NCBI GenBank assembly: GCA_963709405.1
Contig: CAVPXM010000038.1
Coordinates: forward strand, 32,001 to 96,000
Direction of reading: 5' to 3'
Source of the DNA: an uncultured Nitrososphaerales archaeon
GTDB taxonomy: Archaea; Thermoproteota; Nitrososphaeria; Nitrososphaerales; Nitrososphaeraceae
Length of the DNA stretch: 64,000 nt
Both the position numbers and the translations under genes were made by a program. The notes beneath the pieces were generated by a model that was given only the letters and a program-made list of their open reading frames with translations, was not told where the DNA came from and searched no databases. This document shows, one piece after another, positions 32,851-44,131 of this stretch. Position 1 is the first letter of the stretch, and each line of letters begins with the position of its first letter.

Positions 32851-33516
32851 GTGCCTCATCCTACTTTGCAGAGGATGTTAGGAAGTAAAGATGTAAAAAA
32901 AATGATACACAAGACATTTGAAAATATTCATAATAACCAAGCCAAAAATATTGACAAACAGAATCCAGAGAAAATACATGCTAATGAGGCTTCGCGTTGT
33001 ACCCGCCTAGCCTACTATGAACGAAAAGATCCTTTACCTTCGGATTCCAACTCCACGATTTCTGTTTTGATTAAGGACAGCGTTAGAAGGCTATTTAATA
33101 ACATCGATTCAGAATATAAAGTTGATGCCTTGTCAATATTGGCGTCCGCAGATATGCTTGTCGACGAGGAGTTTGTAGTGAAATTCGAGCTTGTAACCAA
33201 GCTGCCAGATACTCCCCATCCAAGGGACTTATTGTACCTGAATGCATGTCTATTTGCTTTTGATAAGACAGACGGAATACTAATCTATACAAATATTGAT
33301 GGAGGAACCATTGAATTTTCTTTGACAAGAAATAATAGAATGTTTCAGGAAATAATCAGAAGAGCTCGCATCTTAAGTACGTTGCTCAAAGAAGAAAGAG
33401 TCCCCATAGTGGAACCGTGCGAGCTCTGCCTAACGTGCAAGTATTATGAGAGATGCTATGCACAAGAGAGAAAAAACTCTAGCCTTGGCTTCCTTGGCTT
33501 GGGAATAACGGAATAA
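32851..33516 (+). CDS. Solo Cas4-like PD-(D/E)XK protein with Fe-S staple cysteines
   Basis: 'EASRCTRLAYY' and C-terminal 'LCLTCKYYERC'; no CRISPR array or other cas genes nearby. Confidence 0.75.
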   Translation: MPHPTLQRMLGSKDVKKMIHKTFENIHNNQAKNIDKQNPEKIHANEASRCTRLAYYERKDPLPSDSNSTISVLIKDSVRRLFNNIDSEYKVDALSILASADMLVDEEFVVKFELVTKLPDTPHPRDLLYLNACLFAFDKTDGILIYTNIDGGTIEFSLTRNNRMFQEIIRRARILSTLLKEERVPIVEPCELCLTCKYYERCYAQERKNSSLGFLGLGITE

Positions 33517-34305
33517 GCATGCATATTAAAAAAGATTGTCTACGTTAAGATATCAAAAGGTTTGATTTTTACAGAAACAAGGAGCCTGAATTCATCAGGA
33601 TTAGTCATCACTCCGATAGCATAATTAATTTTCTCTAGTAGTGTAGTATTAATCGGGCTATCATTTCATTAATCCCTTCTAATACAATTGTTAGTCACAT
33701 ATTATTATCCTCTGTCACATTTAAAAAAAGTTACACTTGAATCAATATCGGCGACATGATCTTATGGTATGGGCTGTATGGTAACTGACTCATTTCATAA
33801 AAATAATAGATCTATTCATGGTATCAAGTGTTTTAACTCAAGGTCAAATCTAACTAATGAAAATGGTGGAGACATACAAATATCAATGCAGGCATCTGTG
33901 ATCGTATATATTTAGATATGATACTGTACTGAAAATAATGATAATACGATGATACTGGACAATGGAAACAGCATAGGATAAGTCGAAATATGAATTTAAG
34001 TATAGCGGAAAGTTCTATTAAAAATTGATTTTGTTGTAATGACTGTCATAATAATGCCTTCGTTATTTTAGCATTGAATTAACAGAGATCTAATGACACA
34101 TCCAATATTTCCGCACCAGTACAAGGCTTTTTCGATTACAAAAGAAAGTATTTGGTATCACTCAGAAAGGAAAGTACCGAGAGCTTATCAGTCAATAGTA
34201 TTTTGGCCTCTTACTCTTCTTTGAGTAGTACCAAAATATACAATAGAAGTATGTCATATGCAGATTTTTATAACCAATGGATGTAAGTATATGACGTATT
34301 ACAGA

Positions 34306-35580
34306 ATGGTTGCTATTGAAATCGGACAAATAGTTCAAGATTTTGCTGTCATCATGATTGTATCATCCGTTATGGCTCTATTGTCCTACAAACTTAAGCA
34401 GCCTATGGTAATAGGTTACATATTAGCTGGCATGATCATTGGTCCCTATACACCTCCATTTAGCTTGATTAGAAATGTAGATGTGTTGAACCTTTTTGCA
34501 GAGATTGGCATTATTCTTTTATTATTTGTAGTAGGGATGGAGTTTCCCATTGAGAAACTTAGAAAGATCGGTAAGAAGGCTTTCGTAATTGCTGTGTCTG
34601 AAGCGTTAGGTACATTTGTTATCGGACTTGTCATCGGAACGCAAGTATTGCATTATTCCTTTTCAAATGGCCTCTTTCTGGCCCTGGCAATTTCGGTCAC
34701 GAGCACCGTTATAGTTATGAGAATCCTGGAGGAATTAGATATTGTAAAAGAAGAAGCATCTACGCTAATATTAGGTGTTGCTGTGATTGAGGACATTATT
34801 ATAATATCAATGCTGGCGATTTTGCAGTCTATCACCTCTTCAGCAGGAGGTCAGCTGTCGGTCGGAGAATTAGTAATCTCCATACTCTCGGTATTGGCAT
34901 TCATAGGGGGAGTGTTATTCATAGGCTCAAAAGTAGTACCAAAGTTTGTCAATTACGTAGGCAGTACAAATCAACATGACTTACTTATAGTAGCAGTTCT
35001 CGGAGTGGCGTTTGGTTTATCGTTTGTTGCATACGAGATTGGCATATCCGTCGCAACTGGAGCTTTCTTTGCAGGTGTACTAATAGCAGAATCTAAAGTC
35101 CATTCAGTTACAAAAGTTCTTGCTACTCCAATTCGAGATATGTTCGCAGCTTTATTTTTCGTTTCTGTTGGTGCACTAATGGACATAAGACTTTTGCCTA
35201 TTTTCATAGTCCCTGTTGTTGTTTTGGTGGTAGTATCAGTCGTGGCAAAATTCCTCACGGTCTTTATATCTGCAAGGCTACAAGGTTTCAGTACGTTGAC
35301 TGCATTAAGAACTGGCTTTGGTTTATCTTCTTCTGGAGGAGAGTTAGCTTTGGTCGTTGCTAAAGGGGGAACAGATATTGGTGTTACTAGTGCTTTTCTA
35401 CTACCAATGGTTGGAACGATGACGATAATTACCACATTTATTACGCCATATATGATAAAGTTTGGATGGAGGCTTTCAAATTCGGTAGTATCTAAAACAG
35501 CAACGTTACCATCTCATTATTTTGGTATACAAAAAAGATTAAGTGGATTCAGAATCTTTAAGAAAACTAATAGAAAATAA
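34306..35580 (+). CDS. Cation:proton antiporter (CPA2, KefB-like)
   Basis: 'KQPMVIGYILAGMIIGP', 'LLFVVGMEF', 'VIEDI', 'FFVSVG', 'GEL'. Confidence 0.9.
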   Translation: MVAIEIGQIVQDFAVIMIVSSVMALLSYKLKQPMVIGYILAGMIIGPYTPPFSLIRNVDVLNLFAEIGIILLLFVVGMEFPIEKLRKIGKKAFVIAVSEALGTFVIGLVIGTQVLHYSFSNGLFLALAISVTSTVIVMRILEELDIVKEEASTLILGVAVIEDIIIISMLAILQSITSSAGGQLSVGELVISILSVLAFIGGVLFIGSKVVPKFVNYVGSTNQHDLLIVAVLGVAFGLSFVAYEIGISVATGAFFAGVLIAESKVHSVTKVLATPIRDMFAALFFVSVGALMDIRLLPIFIVPVVVLVVVSVVAKFLTVFISARLQGFSTLTALRTGFGLSSSGGELALVVAKGGTDIGVTSAFLLPMVGTMTIITTFITPYMIKFGWRLSNSVVSKTATLPSHYFGIQKRLSGFRIFKKTNRK

Positions 35581-36567
35581 GATAATATTTGCCGCCAGCC
35601 CAACACTGTCCAGTCTACGTATTAATCTCTTAGCTATGAATAATAATAATAATTCGAACCTAGACGTCTTGTACACGATCAGTTGTCTGTTTCCTAGCCC
35701 GTTGGTTGTATTACAACAAAATCAAGCAACACAGATGGGTAGGTAACAAACTATTATTATTCAGGTGTGTATCTTAATATCATAGCTCTTATATTTACTC
35801 AGTTATCACTACAATAAGCCTGACGCCTCACATGTAATTACGATTTTCATACGGATCATAGCATTTGAATTATACTAGCACTAGATGCTTACTGTCAGTT
35901 CTCTACTGGCGGTTGTGACAAGAATAATCTACGTCTTCATGCTGTGATTAATTGACCATTTATGAATACCTGCTAAACTGTAATCTGACAGATCACAACC
36001 GGCTATAAGACAAATTACTACAATAGGACAAAAATAAGATATATATGCATCATTTAGGTCAATACGATGTTTGTGATGACTATAAAATGGATTGAAACTT
36101 TCATACCCCGAGAGAAATGGTTTGTCGAATTAGAAATTTTCCTTTACGCTATTGAAAGTCACATCCACCATTTTAAATGCTGGATATATTTATAGGAATG
36201 ATTTGACATTGTCGACTAAGGATCTAAAACGATGTTTGATATGTGGCTGTACCGAGCACAAATTATTAGGTTGTTTTACACATTGGCGTTTTCATAATAA
36301 GAATGAAGGAAGATGTAAACTAATGACTAGGAAATAACTTGGTAAATTGTAGTCGATATATTAGTTATCAATTTAATATGTGTATATTTTACAAAAGTTG
36401 ATGGCTAACATCGAAAGCATATCTAAAGACTGATTGTGAGAAAATATAACTTGGAGATTCTGTTAATTGTCGGTCCCTAAGTGGAAATCGATCAAACTAT
36501 GAGCTAATTTTTGATAAATTATTACAGAAAACCATTCCATCTGAATTGAAAACATAAAAAAAGAAGT

Positions 36568-36763
36568 TTAGGAAGTCTTTATTAGTTTGTGAAAATGTTC
36601 TCTATTTTTGGTAATTTCCTGATTCCAACTCTCTTTAGTATAACCATGAATTCTTATGCCATGTTTCTTGGCATTCTGTAATATTTCTTCTTCTGGTTCA
36701 CCGTACATCGTGTGGCTACAGACTGGATCTCCCGCGTCAGTACCAGTTTATCCTCAGAGTCAT
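36568..36763 (-). pseudogene. DUF1059-like small metal-binding protein with a 1-nt insertion
   Basis: MTLRIN(C)TDAGDPVCSHTMYGEPEEEILQNAKKHGIRIHGY...; TGT Cys codon reads TGGT; 196 nt. Confidence 0.75.
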
Positions 36764-37430
36764 TTTATAATAATAACGCAGAAATTAGTTTGGCAGAGAT
36801 ATTTAATAAAGCATACTGGCGAGTCATCGGTTAGTATAACTGTAATATACCTATTAATCTATCATCTGAAGTGTAATGAGACCATCTAGTCGCGTTAGTA
36901 CAGAGATCAAGGATCAATCATTGCCTTTTCAACTTGGTTCTTGATAGACTATACACGAAGATTCTTTAATTCGAATCTGGTTGTTGGAACAATGTGGTCT
37001 GTCGAACCATTAAAATGCTTTAAACAATAAGATCGTTATTTGAATGCGAAAAACCCGAAGCTCTTATTACTGTAAGATAGTGTTATGAAATAGGTGAATA
37101 TGTTCTATTTTGAATTCGTAACCTGCGGTTCCTTCCATCCAGGTAGTCTCATTGAACCATGACGAATGTGGCCTAACACATCTCACAGATTTAGCCATCT
37201 CAAGGTTCTTCAATAGATGAGAATCTGGAGGTCAATTGCACTATTGAAACAATTGATAGAAGATCCTAAAGTACCTTCATTTCAGATTTTACGGCTTTCT
37301 AAAACGGTTACGTCATAAATTTGTTCTTTTATAACCTTCTTATCTGAATGGCGATATCGTTTGTGCTAAGTTTAGTTTTTATGAATTTGAATGTGTATGA
37401 GATAGAGGCCAACTTATTCTCCAGTCATAT

Positions 37431-37967
37431 TTAATGAAAAACTGCGGGTACGATTATGGCGAGTAAATAAACTATTGCAACCGCTTTTACTGTTTTACCT
37501 ATACTCATAACGATAACAAATTTTTTGAAGTTGTATTTCTTTACTCCAGCAATAACTGGTATAACATCTCCACCGATGGGGATCCACGGGGATAGGAAGA
37601 TTATTATCCACCCATATCTTTCTAACATAATAGTAGTTCGCTTATCCTTATCACCATGATAAAAGCTATTACCCTTACCATCATTGCGGAAGTCATCATT
37701 TCCTTTAGAATGTCCTTTGTGTATTAGATGAGACATCTTTTTTCCAGTGTACCCTAAATAGTATGCAAGAAGCCCCCCGACTACTGATCCTACAGTTAGT
37801 ACAATAAATACATCTAGTTGGCTTTGTCCAGAAGCTAACAAGGCAGAGATTGTCAGCTCAGTTGGAATAGGGATGACGGACGATAGTATTCCATTAGCCA
37901 AGAGACCTAATAATCCATATTGTGTAAAGAGCAAAGTTAATGGTGTAGGGATAGCAAAATCGAGCAT
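37431..37967 (-). CDS. VTT/DedA (YqaA-like) membrane protein
   Basis: 'PIPTE', 'GSVVGGLLAYYLG', 'PWIPIGGDVIPVIAG', 'GKTVK'. Confidence 0.85.
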   Translation of the reverse strand: MLDFAIPTPLTLLFTQYGLLGLLANGILSSVIPIPTELTISALLASGQSQLDVFIVLTVGSVVGGLLAYYLGYTGKKMSHLIHKGHSKGNDDFRNDGKGNSFYHGDKDKRTTIMLERYGWIIIFLSPWIPIGGDVIPVIAGVKKYNFKKFVIVMSIGKTVKAVAIVYLLAIIVPAVFH

Positions 37968-38110
37968 CAGTTATTAGCTGCATTGACTAACAAATTAGGA
38001 TACTTTAACTTATGGTGGTATTAATATTTCCAAGCTTGGTTTGCAAACTTAATTTATTAAATCATTGATAAATTCGGCTCTGTAGAAACCATCTTTTGCA
38101 TAACCGTTAG

Positions 38111-38784
38111 AGCTTTGTAAAGTTAAGATATTTTCTCCTTGTTATAATAATATGCAAATAGATTTAACCATTTTTGTACGTGCTTCAGCTTGCAATTTTT
38201 CTTTCTACATGGAAGATAGTCATCAAAACATTCAGTTCTATCCTTTATGTACTCTATCGTCCTTTCTATGATACTTTTCTCATATGAAGAATGGAGGTGA
38301 TGATTTAGTTTCAAGAATTGACAGTCTTGTGGATACCAAGTACCGCCATCGGTAGAAACCGGATGTTCTCCATATTCTTTTATAACGTTCGATAGAAATC
38401 GCTCTGCCACAAACTTATTTCTCTCTTTTGATATATTCAATCTTAGAACCTCCTTACTTTCAGGCTCTATGGCAACCCAAAGCCAAATTAATTAACTCAG
38501 AACCAACTTTGATTTGGGTTTCGTCGAGTATGAATTCGAATATCTTGGTCTTCCTATAATACAATATTTTAGGATTATACTTTTGAATCCAATCTCTTAT
38601 GGCAGTATGGCTTCTTGTAACAAATTTGGATATGGCCTTAGAAGTATTTCTTAACGACAGACCATTAAAATAAAGATGCAAAGCATATACTATGTCTTCA
38701 GGTTCTGTTCCATTTTTTCTTACTTGGTATACCATATATAAAAAACGAGAAAGTAACCTATAGCTTTTCCTTAAATTTAGAGCC
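38111..38784 (-). mobile_element. IS6-family element, frameshifted transposase
   Basis: ORFs 38460-38735 and 38123-38440 ('GLSLR', 'DET', 'STDGG', 'IER'); degenerate GGCTCTGTAAAGTTAAG ends. Confidence 0.88.
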
Positions 38785-38788
38785 TCCC

Positions 38789-38885
38789 TTAGTATACTAA
38801 ATCATATATCGTTATATGGCCATGTACTAAGATTAGTATACTAAATCATATATCGTTATATGGCCATGTACTAAGATTAGTATAC
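38789..38885. repeat. Exact 44-bp tandem duplication (2.2 copies)
   Basis: ttagtatactaaatcatatatcgttatatggccatgtactaaga twice plus ttagtatac. Confidence 0.9.
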
Positions 38886-38981
38886 ATACATAAATTGACG
38901 TTTCTTTAATCCTTTTTATTGATTGTATGTTTAAAATTATTCACTATTTCGGCATTCCTAAGTACTTATCAAAATATAGGT

Positions 38982-39170
38982 TCTGACGCAGATAGTGGTC
39001 AGATTCAGATGGTCAACATGATCCCGAGAAAATTCCTGATATTATAGCACCAATATTAAATGATGGATTTGACATGATTATTGGATCTAGGTTTCTAATT
39101 CAGCAAGATAGAAACAAAGTTCCTGGAAATAGGACTTTAGGTATCAAAACCATAACAAGGCTTGCCCAGG
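38982..39170 (+). pseudogene. Glycosyltransferase family 2 fragment
   Basis: Reads DSDGQHDPEKIPDIIAPILNDGFDMIIGSRFL. Confidence 0.8.
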
Positions 39171-39686
39171 TGACAATCTAGAACTAGCCCAGGAGGCAAG
39201 ATAATTTTATTCCCACTTGTAATTATCTCGCAAATTCGCATTGTCCTATCAGACCTTGTAGAGCCAAACGATGATAATTTGTAACTTGCATACTTTTATG
39301 ATGAGCAATCTTATTTAGCTCTTCTAGGAAAAGATTTCGGAATAAAAGTGTCATGAAATCTATGTCGCCTACCGACGAGATTTATAGAATAAAGTTATGC
39401 TGCCGATCCTGATGTCTTATAACAAAAATTAACCTTAATTTTATGTTATCATAGTAAATAACAGCTGATTCAGATAGGATCACCACATGTGATTGTTAAT
39501 GGCATCAGTCAACACGATTGCGTATACAAACGACCATTTCATTATACGCATTTGATTGGTCCAAACATAATTCGATTGAGTTGTAAGACTATAGACTTAT
39601 GCTCGTACAGGTAGATATAATTGAAAGAGTGTACGTACATTTATAGCAAATCTACCTACATATAATTAGCAAATATCAAATACAAG

Positions 39687-39977
39687 CTACAGAAAAGTTT
39701 TTTCAACAGATTTCAAGATCTGGGAAATGACCTTTATATGCCCATAATTATTCATTATTTTATTCAATATTTCTTTTATCATAGTTTTATTATCTGGATC
39801 ATCTTTTAATAAGACAATCATATCTTCAAATAGATTTGTCAATTTCAATTCATCTTCTTTATCTACTTCATTTTTCAACGCGTATGATTCTTCAGATTTA
39901 TTTCCTTGCGTCGAACTCAAATGAGATAATACTCTGATAATATTATCAACTTTTGAGATAGTATCTTCCCTCTCCAC
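39687..39977 (-). CDS. Hypothetical protein
   Basis: Intact 96 aa helical ORF. Confidence 0.65.
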   Translation of the reverse strand: MEREDTISKVDNIIRVLSHLSSTQGNKSEESYALKNEVDKEDELKLTNLFEDMIVLLKDDPDNKTMIKEILNKIMNNYGHIKVISQILKSVEKTFL

Positions 39978-40915
39978 GGAGATATATTTTTCATTGAATC
40001 ATATGAATGCATTGTAACAAAATGCATTTCACCCTACAGTTTAGGGTACAAAAATAGTGCATTTCTTGGTCAAAAAATCAGTTCAAATACAGATAGTATC
40101 TCTATTGATTCTTCTCAAGAAAATCTACTAATAATATTAATTTTTGGAATCTTTTTCTCCCCTAAATTACCTTCTAATCTCACGTATTTTTAAACCAAAA
40201 AGAAACAAATAGGGCTTTTCGTCGCTTTATGTCATAATTATTTCTGAGACATTCAAAAATCTCTCGATCACGTAGATGTTCTTAACATATTACGCTTCTT
40301 TACCAGCGGTTGCCTTCCCAATTCATCGGTAGCTCTGTGCTGACCTTGAACCTTTGTTACTTTCTATATCTATTCTTCAGATTGCAATTGATATGACATG
40401 ATTGAATTCAAATAACATAACTCACGAGGCTATTTTTAAATAACATGGATGATTTTGCACGTTAAATCAGGATAATAACTATACAAACCCTATCGAAATA
40501 CGAAATAAGAAAGGTATGCTTCATAAAGTGGAGTTTACTGGCCTCCATTATGATATACTAGCAGTTTATTGCCTGCAAAATGATATACTCATATAGGAAA
40601 GTTATCCAGGTGCACCATGTAGTCGTGAGGATGGGTAGTTCATATTTGTTTTTGCTTATCCACCATGAGGTGAATATATATAGCTCATTCTGGCTTAGCT
40701 TAAATATCGACAAAGATCAACCTCCATTTCTGGGTCTCAAAGAAGCAACCACTTATTTAAGAATCCTCCACTACATAGGTGATGCAATTCAAAGCTTTTT
40801 GTTAATGGTTATACAACATCTTAACTGGTAAAACACGGCAGATCCGCATTATATCATATGTAATATGAGAGTATTGCTAATCTCAAAATTTGAACAATAA
40901 AAAAGAAAAAAATGA

Positions 40916-41998
40916 TTACTTGGCGGCCAGATTGAATGTGGCACTCTCGATAAATTCTCCGCTAGGATTTCCAGCAACAGCATCTAAACTAATCTTCACG
41001 ATGAAAGGCCCTGCCTGCGGAATGTTTACGACTTGTTTTCCAGTACCGTCAGGAGCTTTCTGATCTGCAGCTTGTTTGATCGTTTTGCCATCTGGTGTAG
41101 TTACCAAAAAGGTATAACTTACCTGACCTTGAATATTATTTGAGCTATCCATAAAGAGTATACCAAATTGTGTATCTTTGCCATGTACAATAATTACTGG
41201 GTCCCAAAACAACTGAATGTTAAACGATCCACGACCTGTTTGCAAAGTTAATGGCGGTTTAGGTGTTTCGATTAGACTTTTCGGTTGCTTAGGTTGACCT
41301 TGACCAGTGGATTGAAGTTCATAAGCAAATTGAATAGGTGGAGCTCCAGTAGTTACAGCTGCAAAAGCCTGCGCCTTGATTGGATATGGCATATTCTGGT
41401 TCACGTATATGTGGTTATCAGCTCCATAATGCCAAGAGATAGCTGTAGTATCAAACGTTCCGGCTGGGACCGTCACCTTTGCTGCTCCGGTAGGTGCAAT
41501 AGGCGACCCGCCTATAGCCGCTAGCTTGCCCCAGAAAGGAGAAGTTAGTGATTGTCCAGGTTTTGGTACGAATGCTGCTAACCAGGCTAATGTATCAACG
41601 TATGCACTCCTATAGGGCATCAATGCAGGAGGTATCTGTGAACTGCCTAGAGCAGAAAGATCAAGGTCGCTCAAGTGAAAAGTTCCATTAACCACATTGC
41701 CGTTTGGTTCTGTTACGTAGACCGGAGCAATCCAGTAACCCTTGTTGTTATCGAATTGCTTAAAATAAATAGTCATTAGGAACGGCTGGCTTTCTTTTGT
41801 GTCATGATTCTGTATCTTATAAGTGTAATATGTACCCGCTTTCACACCTTTACCTAGGTACCAATTATTGTCTGCATAGGCCTTCTGAAACCCCATTGGG
41901 GATTCCGGTATTAATAACATTGGCGCAACTAATATCGTACTCAAGGCAAAGAATATGCCAATACCAGTAGTGTTCTTATATTGCTTCATATTCATCAA
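40916..41998 (-). CDS. Secreted/surface protein, conserved hypothetical
   Basis: Signal peptide ending 'QKAYA'; 'VTVPAGTFDT'; beta-rich. Confidence 0.8.
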   Translation of the reverse strand: MMNMKQYKNTTGIGIFFALSTILVAPMLLIPESPMGFQKAYADNNWYLGKGVKAGTYYTYKIQNHDTKESQPFLMTIYFKQFDNNKGYWIAPVYVTEPNGNVVNGTFHLSDLDLSALGSSQIPPALMPYRSAYVDTLAWLAAFVPKPGQSLTSPFWGKLAAIGGSPIAPTGAAKVTVPAGTFDTTAISWHYGADNHIYVNQNMPYPIKAQAFAAVTTGAPPIQFAYELQSTGQGQPKQPKSLIETPKPPLTLQTGRGSFNIQLFWDPVIIVHGKDTQFGILFMDSSNNIQGQVSYTFLVTTPDGKTIKQAADQKAPDGTGKQVVNIPQAGPFIVKISLDAVAGNPSGEFIESATFNLAAK

Positions 41999-42324
41999 CT
42001 ATTACAGTTCAGATAACTTGATAAATATTTTTATTTTGTTCTTATAATATTCTCGTATAATGTACCGGAATCTTGTTTGCTAGAGAAACTAATCTTGATC
42101 CTTTTCTAAATTTAAGGAAAAATTCATCAATTATGAATGTGATTTACCAATTATTTAGAATAAATCTTACAATAGCCGCTTTACCATCGTGAGGCACCAG
42201 AGCATATATATTCAAGTTCTGAGATTTAACACGCCCAAGGGGTACGAATTTTGATAGCATTCTTATCCTATTACGACTTTAGCATATAATGGACCTGGCC
42301 TGTAAATTTGCGTAATGATACAGA

Positions 42325-42654
42325 CTAGATATCCGAACTATGTTCAAAAGAGCGAATAGTCGATAAGTGGGGGGCTGTAAGTTTTATCGTGTAAGCGGCA
42401 GTATCATCTGAAGAAAGATGAGAAAGTTCCTCCAAGAATTTTGTCTTATCTCTTCCCCGCTCATAAAGACCGCCTGATTCCTTTATACATAAGGGAAACT
42501 TTTGTAGACTAATGTCTTTAGAACGAAGATAAGAAATAAAACGCTGATAGGCACGAAGATCATACCAATCCCATCCCTTCTCCTCGCAGAAAATTATCCA
42601 TACATCGATGGTGTTTTGGAAGAAAGCCTTTGAACGCAGTTTCTCTAGACTCAT
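42325..42654 (-). CDS. Conserved hypothetical protein
   Basis: MSLEKLRSKAFFQNTIDVWI...; intact ORF. Confidence 0.7.
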   Translation of the reverse strand: MSLEKLRSKAFFQNTIDVWIIFCEEKGWDWYDLRAYQRFISYLRSKDISLQKFPLCIKESGGLYERGRDKTKFLEELSHLSSDDTAAYTIKLTAPHLSTIRSFEHSSDI

Positions 42655-42969
42655 ATATCGATAAATAGAATACATCACAGTATTTTTGAATTTATCGGTA
42701 ATAACTAGTGAGTCAAGGGTTTGATTCTAGTCTTCTATCAATATCAAAAATTATGACACAGGCAAACGATTCGATTCGATTCGATTCAGATTTAAATATT
42801 GTATTACAGAGAGAAAACGATAATGTATGTGGTAAATTGCTCTCATTTAACTTATATTTTGCATCTTTAAGCGAATTTTTGACTATATTATTTAGGATCG
42901 GGTTAATTTATCTTAGCAATAAGCTTATAATCATATAGATTATTAAGCCATTAGTTATATGGATTTAAT

Positions 42970-43386
42970 ATGCCTAACCGAGAACAGATACACGAGGCTA
43001 CATTAAAAAATCGAGAGTATTGCAGTAGGATCCTTAAAATTTCACCCAAAATACGGTACGCCGCAGTTATGAATGAGTTTGGAAGGACTATCGCAGGACA
43101 ATTGCGCAAGGATGTGGTTCCCTTATTTACACCAGATGAGGCAAGAAATGAAAATTATATCGAAGCGACAAGAAATTGCTTAAGAAAGAATTTTGATAAA
43201 TCTATTGGTAAAACTAGCTTCACGTTCACTGAGAATGAAAAAGTAAAGATATTGGTGATCCATGGGGAGACTAATTTCTGCTATGTAACGTTGGATAAAG
43301 ATACGAAAATAACCGATGTGGAACCTATTGTCGATTCGACTAAAAAATTCATGTTTTCAAACAAAATCGATAGTAATTACACTTAG
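42970..43386 (+). CDS. DUF6659-like / roadblock-type small sensor protein
   Basis: 'CSRILKISPKIRYAAVMNEFGRTIAGQLR', a pattern typical of the expanded thaumarchaeal family. Confidence 0.7.
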   Translation: MPNREQIHEATLKNREYCSRILKISPKIRYAAVMNEFGRTIAGQLRKDVVPLFTPDEARNENYIEATRNCLRKNFDKSIGKTSFTFTENEKVKILVIHGETNFCYVTLDKDTKITDVEPIVDSTKKFMFSNKIDSNYT

Positions 43387-43451
43387 ACCTTGAAATTTAA
43401 GATGGATGATTAGAAATAGATCGTGTGTGAAAGCTCTGCGGAAGTAAATGG

Positions 43452-43904
43452 TTAGGCCAAGCATTTCAATTTTCTGATCAACTCCTTATCTCCGTAGATC
43501 GACGGATGATTTGGGTCAGCGAGGATTACCTCATACCATAAATATATCCCGTCCTTGTACAAATAATAAGAACCTAACACTTCCAAATTAGGAAACTTTT
43601 CATTAACTCGTCTTTCTGCAACTTTTTGCATACTTACTCCTTGTTTGATACGGACAACACCCATGTGTTTAGGTCTTCTACCTGATACAGGCCTTTTTTT
43701 TCTCATGCCTCCCCTTCCTACTCTTGCTCGGACCATTATCATTCCTTGTTTGGCTTTGTAGCCTAATTTCCTTGCTCTGTCTATCCTGCTTGGTTTTTCA
43801 ATTCTATTTATGGCTGGCTCGAGTCTCCACCCTATGGCTTTGGCTTTCACTTCAGAATTCAGTTTCCACATCTCTTTCCAAGTGTTGCCTATATGGGAGT
43901 ACAT
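43452..43904 (-). CDS. rpl15e: 50S ribosomal protein L15e
   Basis: 'PSRIDRARKLGYKAKQG', 'GRRPK', 'VAERRV', 'YEVILADPNHP'. Confidence 0.96.
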   Translation of the reverse strand: MYSHIGNTWKEMWKLNSEVKAKAIGWRLEPAINRIEKPSRIDRARKLGYKAKQGMIMVRARVGRGGMRKKRPVSGRRPKHMGVVRIKQGVSMQKVAERRVNEKFPNLEVLGSYYLYKDGIYLWYEVILADPNHPSIYGDKELIRKLKCLA

Positions 43905-44131
43905 ATCTACTGGTTTGTTGGATCGGCCCTTTATATCTGTATATTTCCTATAGCTTAGTTCATTATGACCCAATGATGAGGAAATCATGATGCTAGTTCG
44001 CACATCGTGACGACTAACATAATTGGAGTTACCAAGATCATTTCATAACCAGTTACGGACTAACGATTAAAATGGAATAAAAATTACTATCGGCCAATGA
44101 TGCTGTATATTAGTAATCCTTAGGCTAGCTG

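Noticed and set aside
32851-33516. CRISPR-Cas locus or casposon
   Set aside because: No array, cas1 or family B polymerase in the window
34971-35435. Antisense ORFs such as 34971-35435, 17994-18320, 44577-44924
   Set aside because: Shadows of well-supported genes on the opposite strand
38789-38885. Possible mini CRISPR array
   Set aside because: Head-to-tail exact duplication with no spacers
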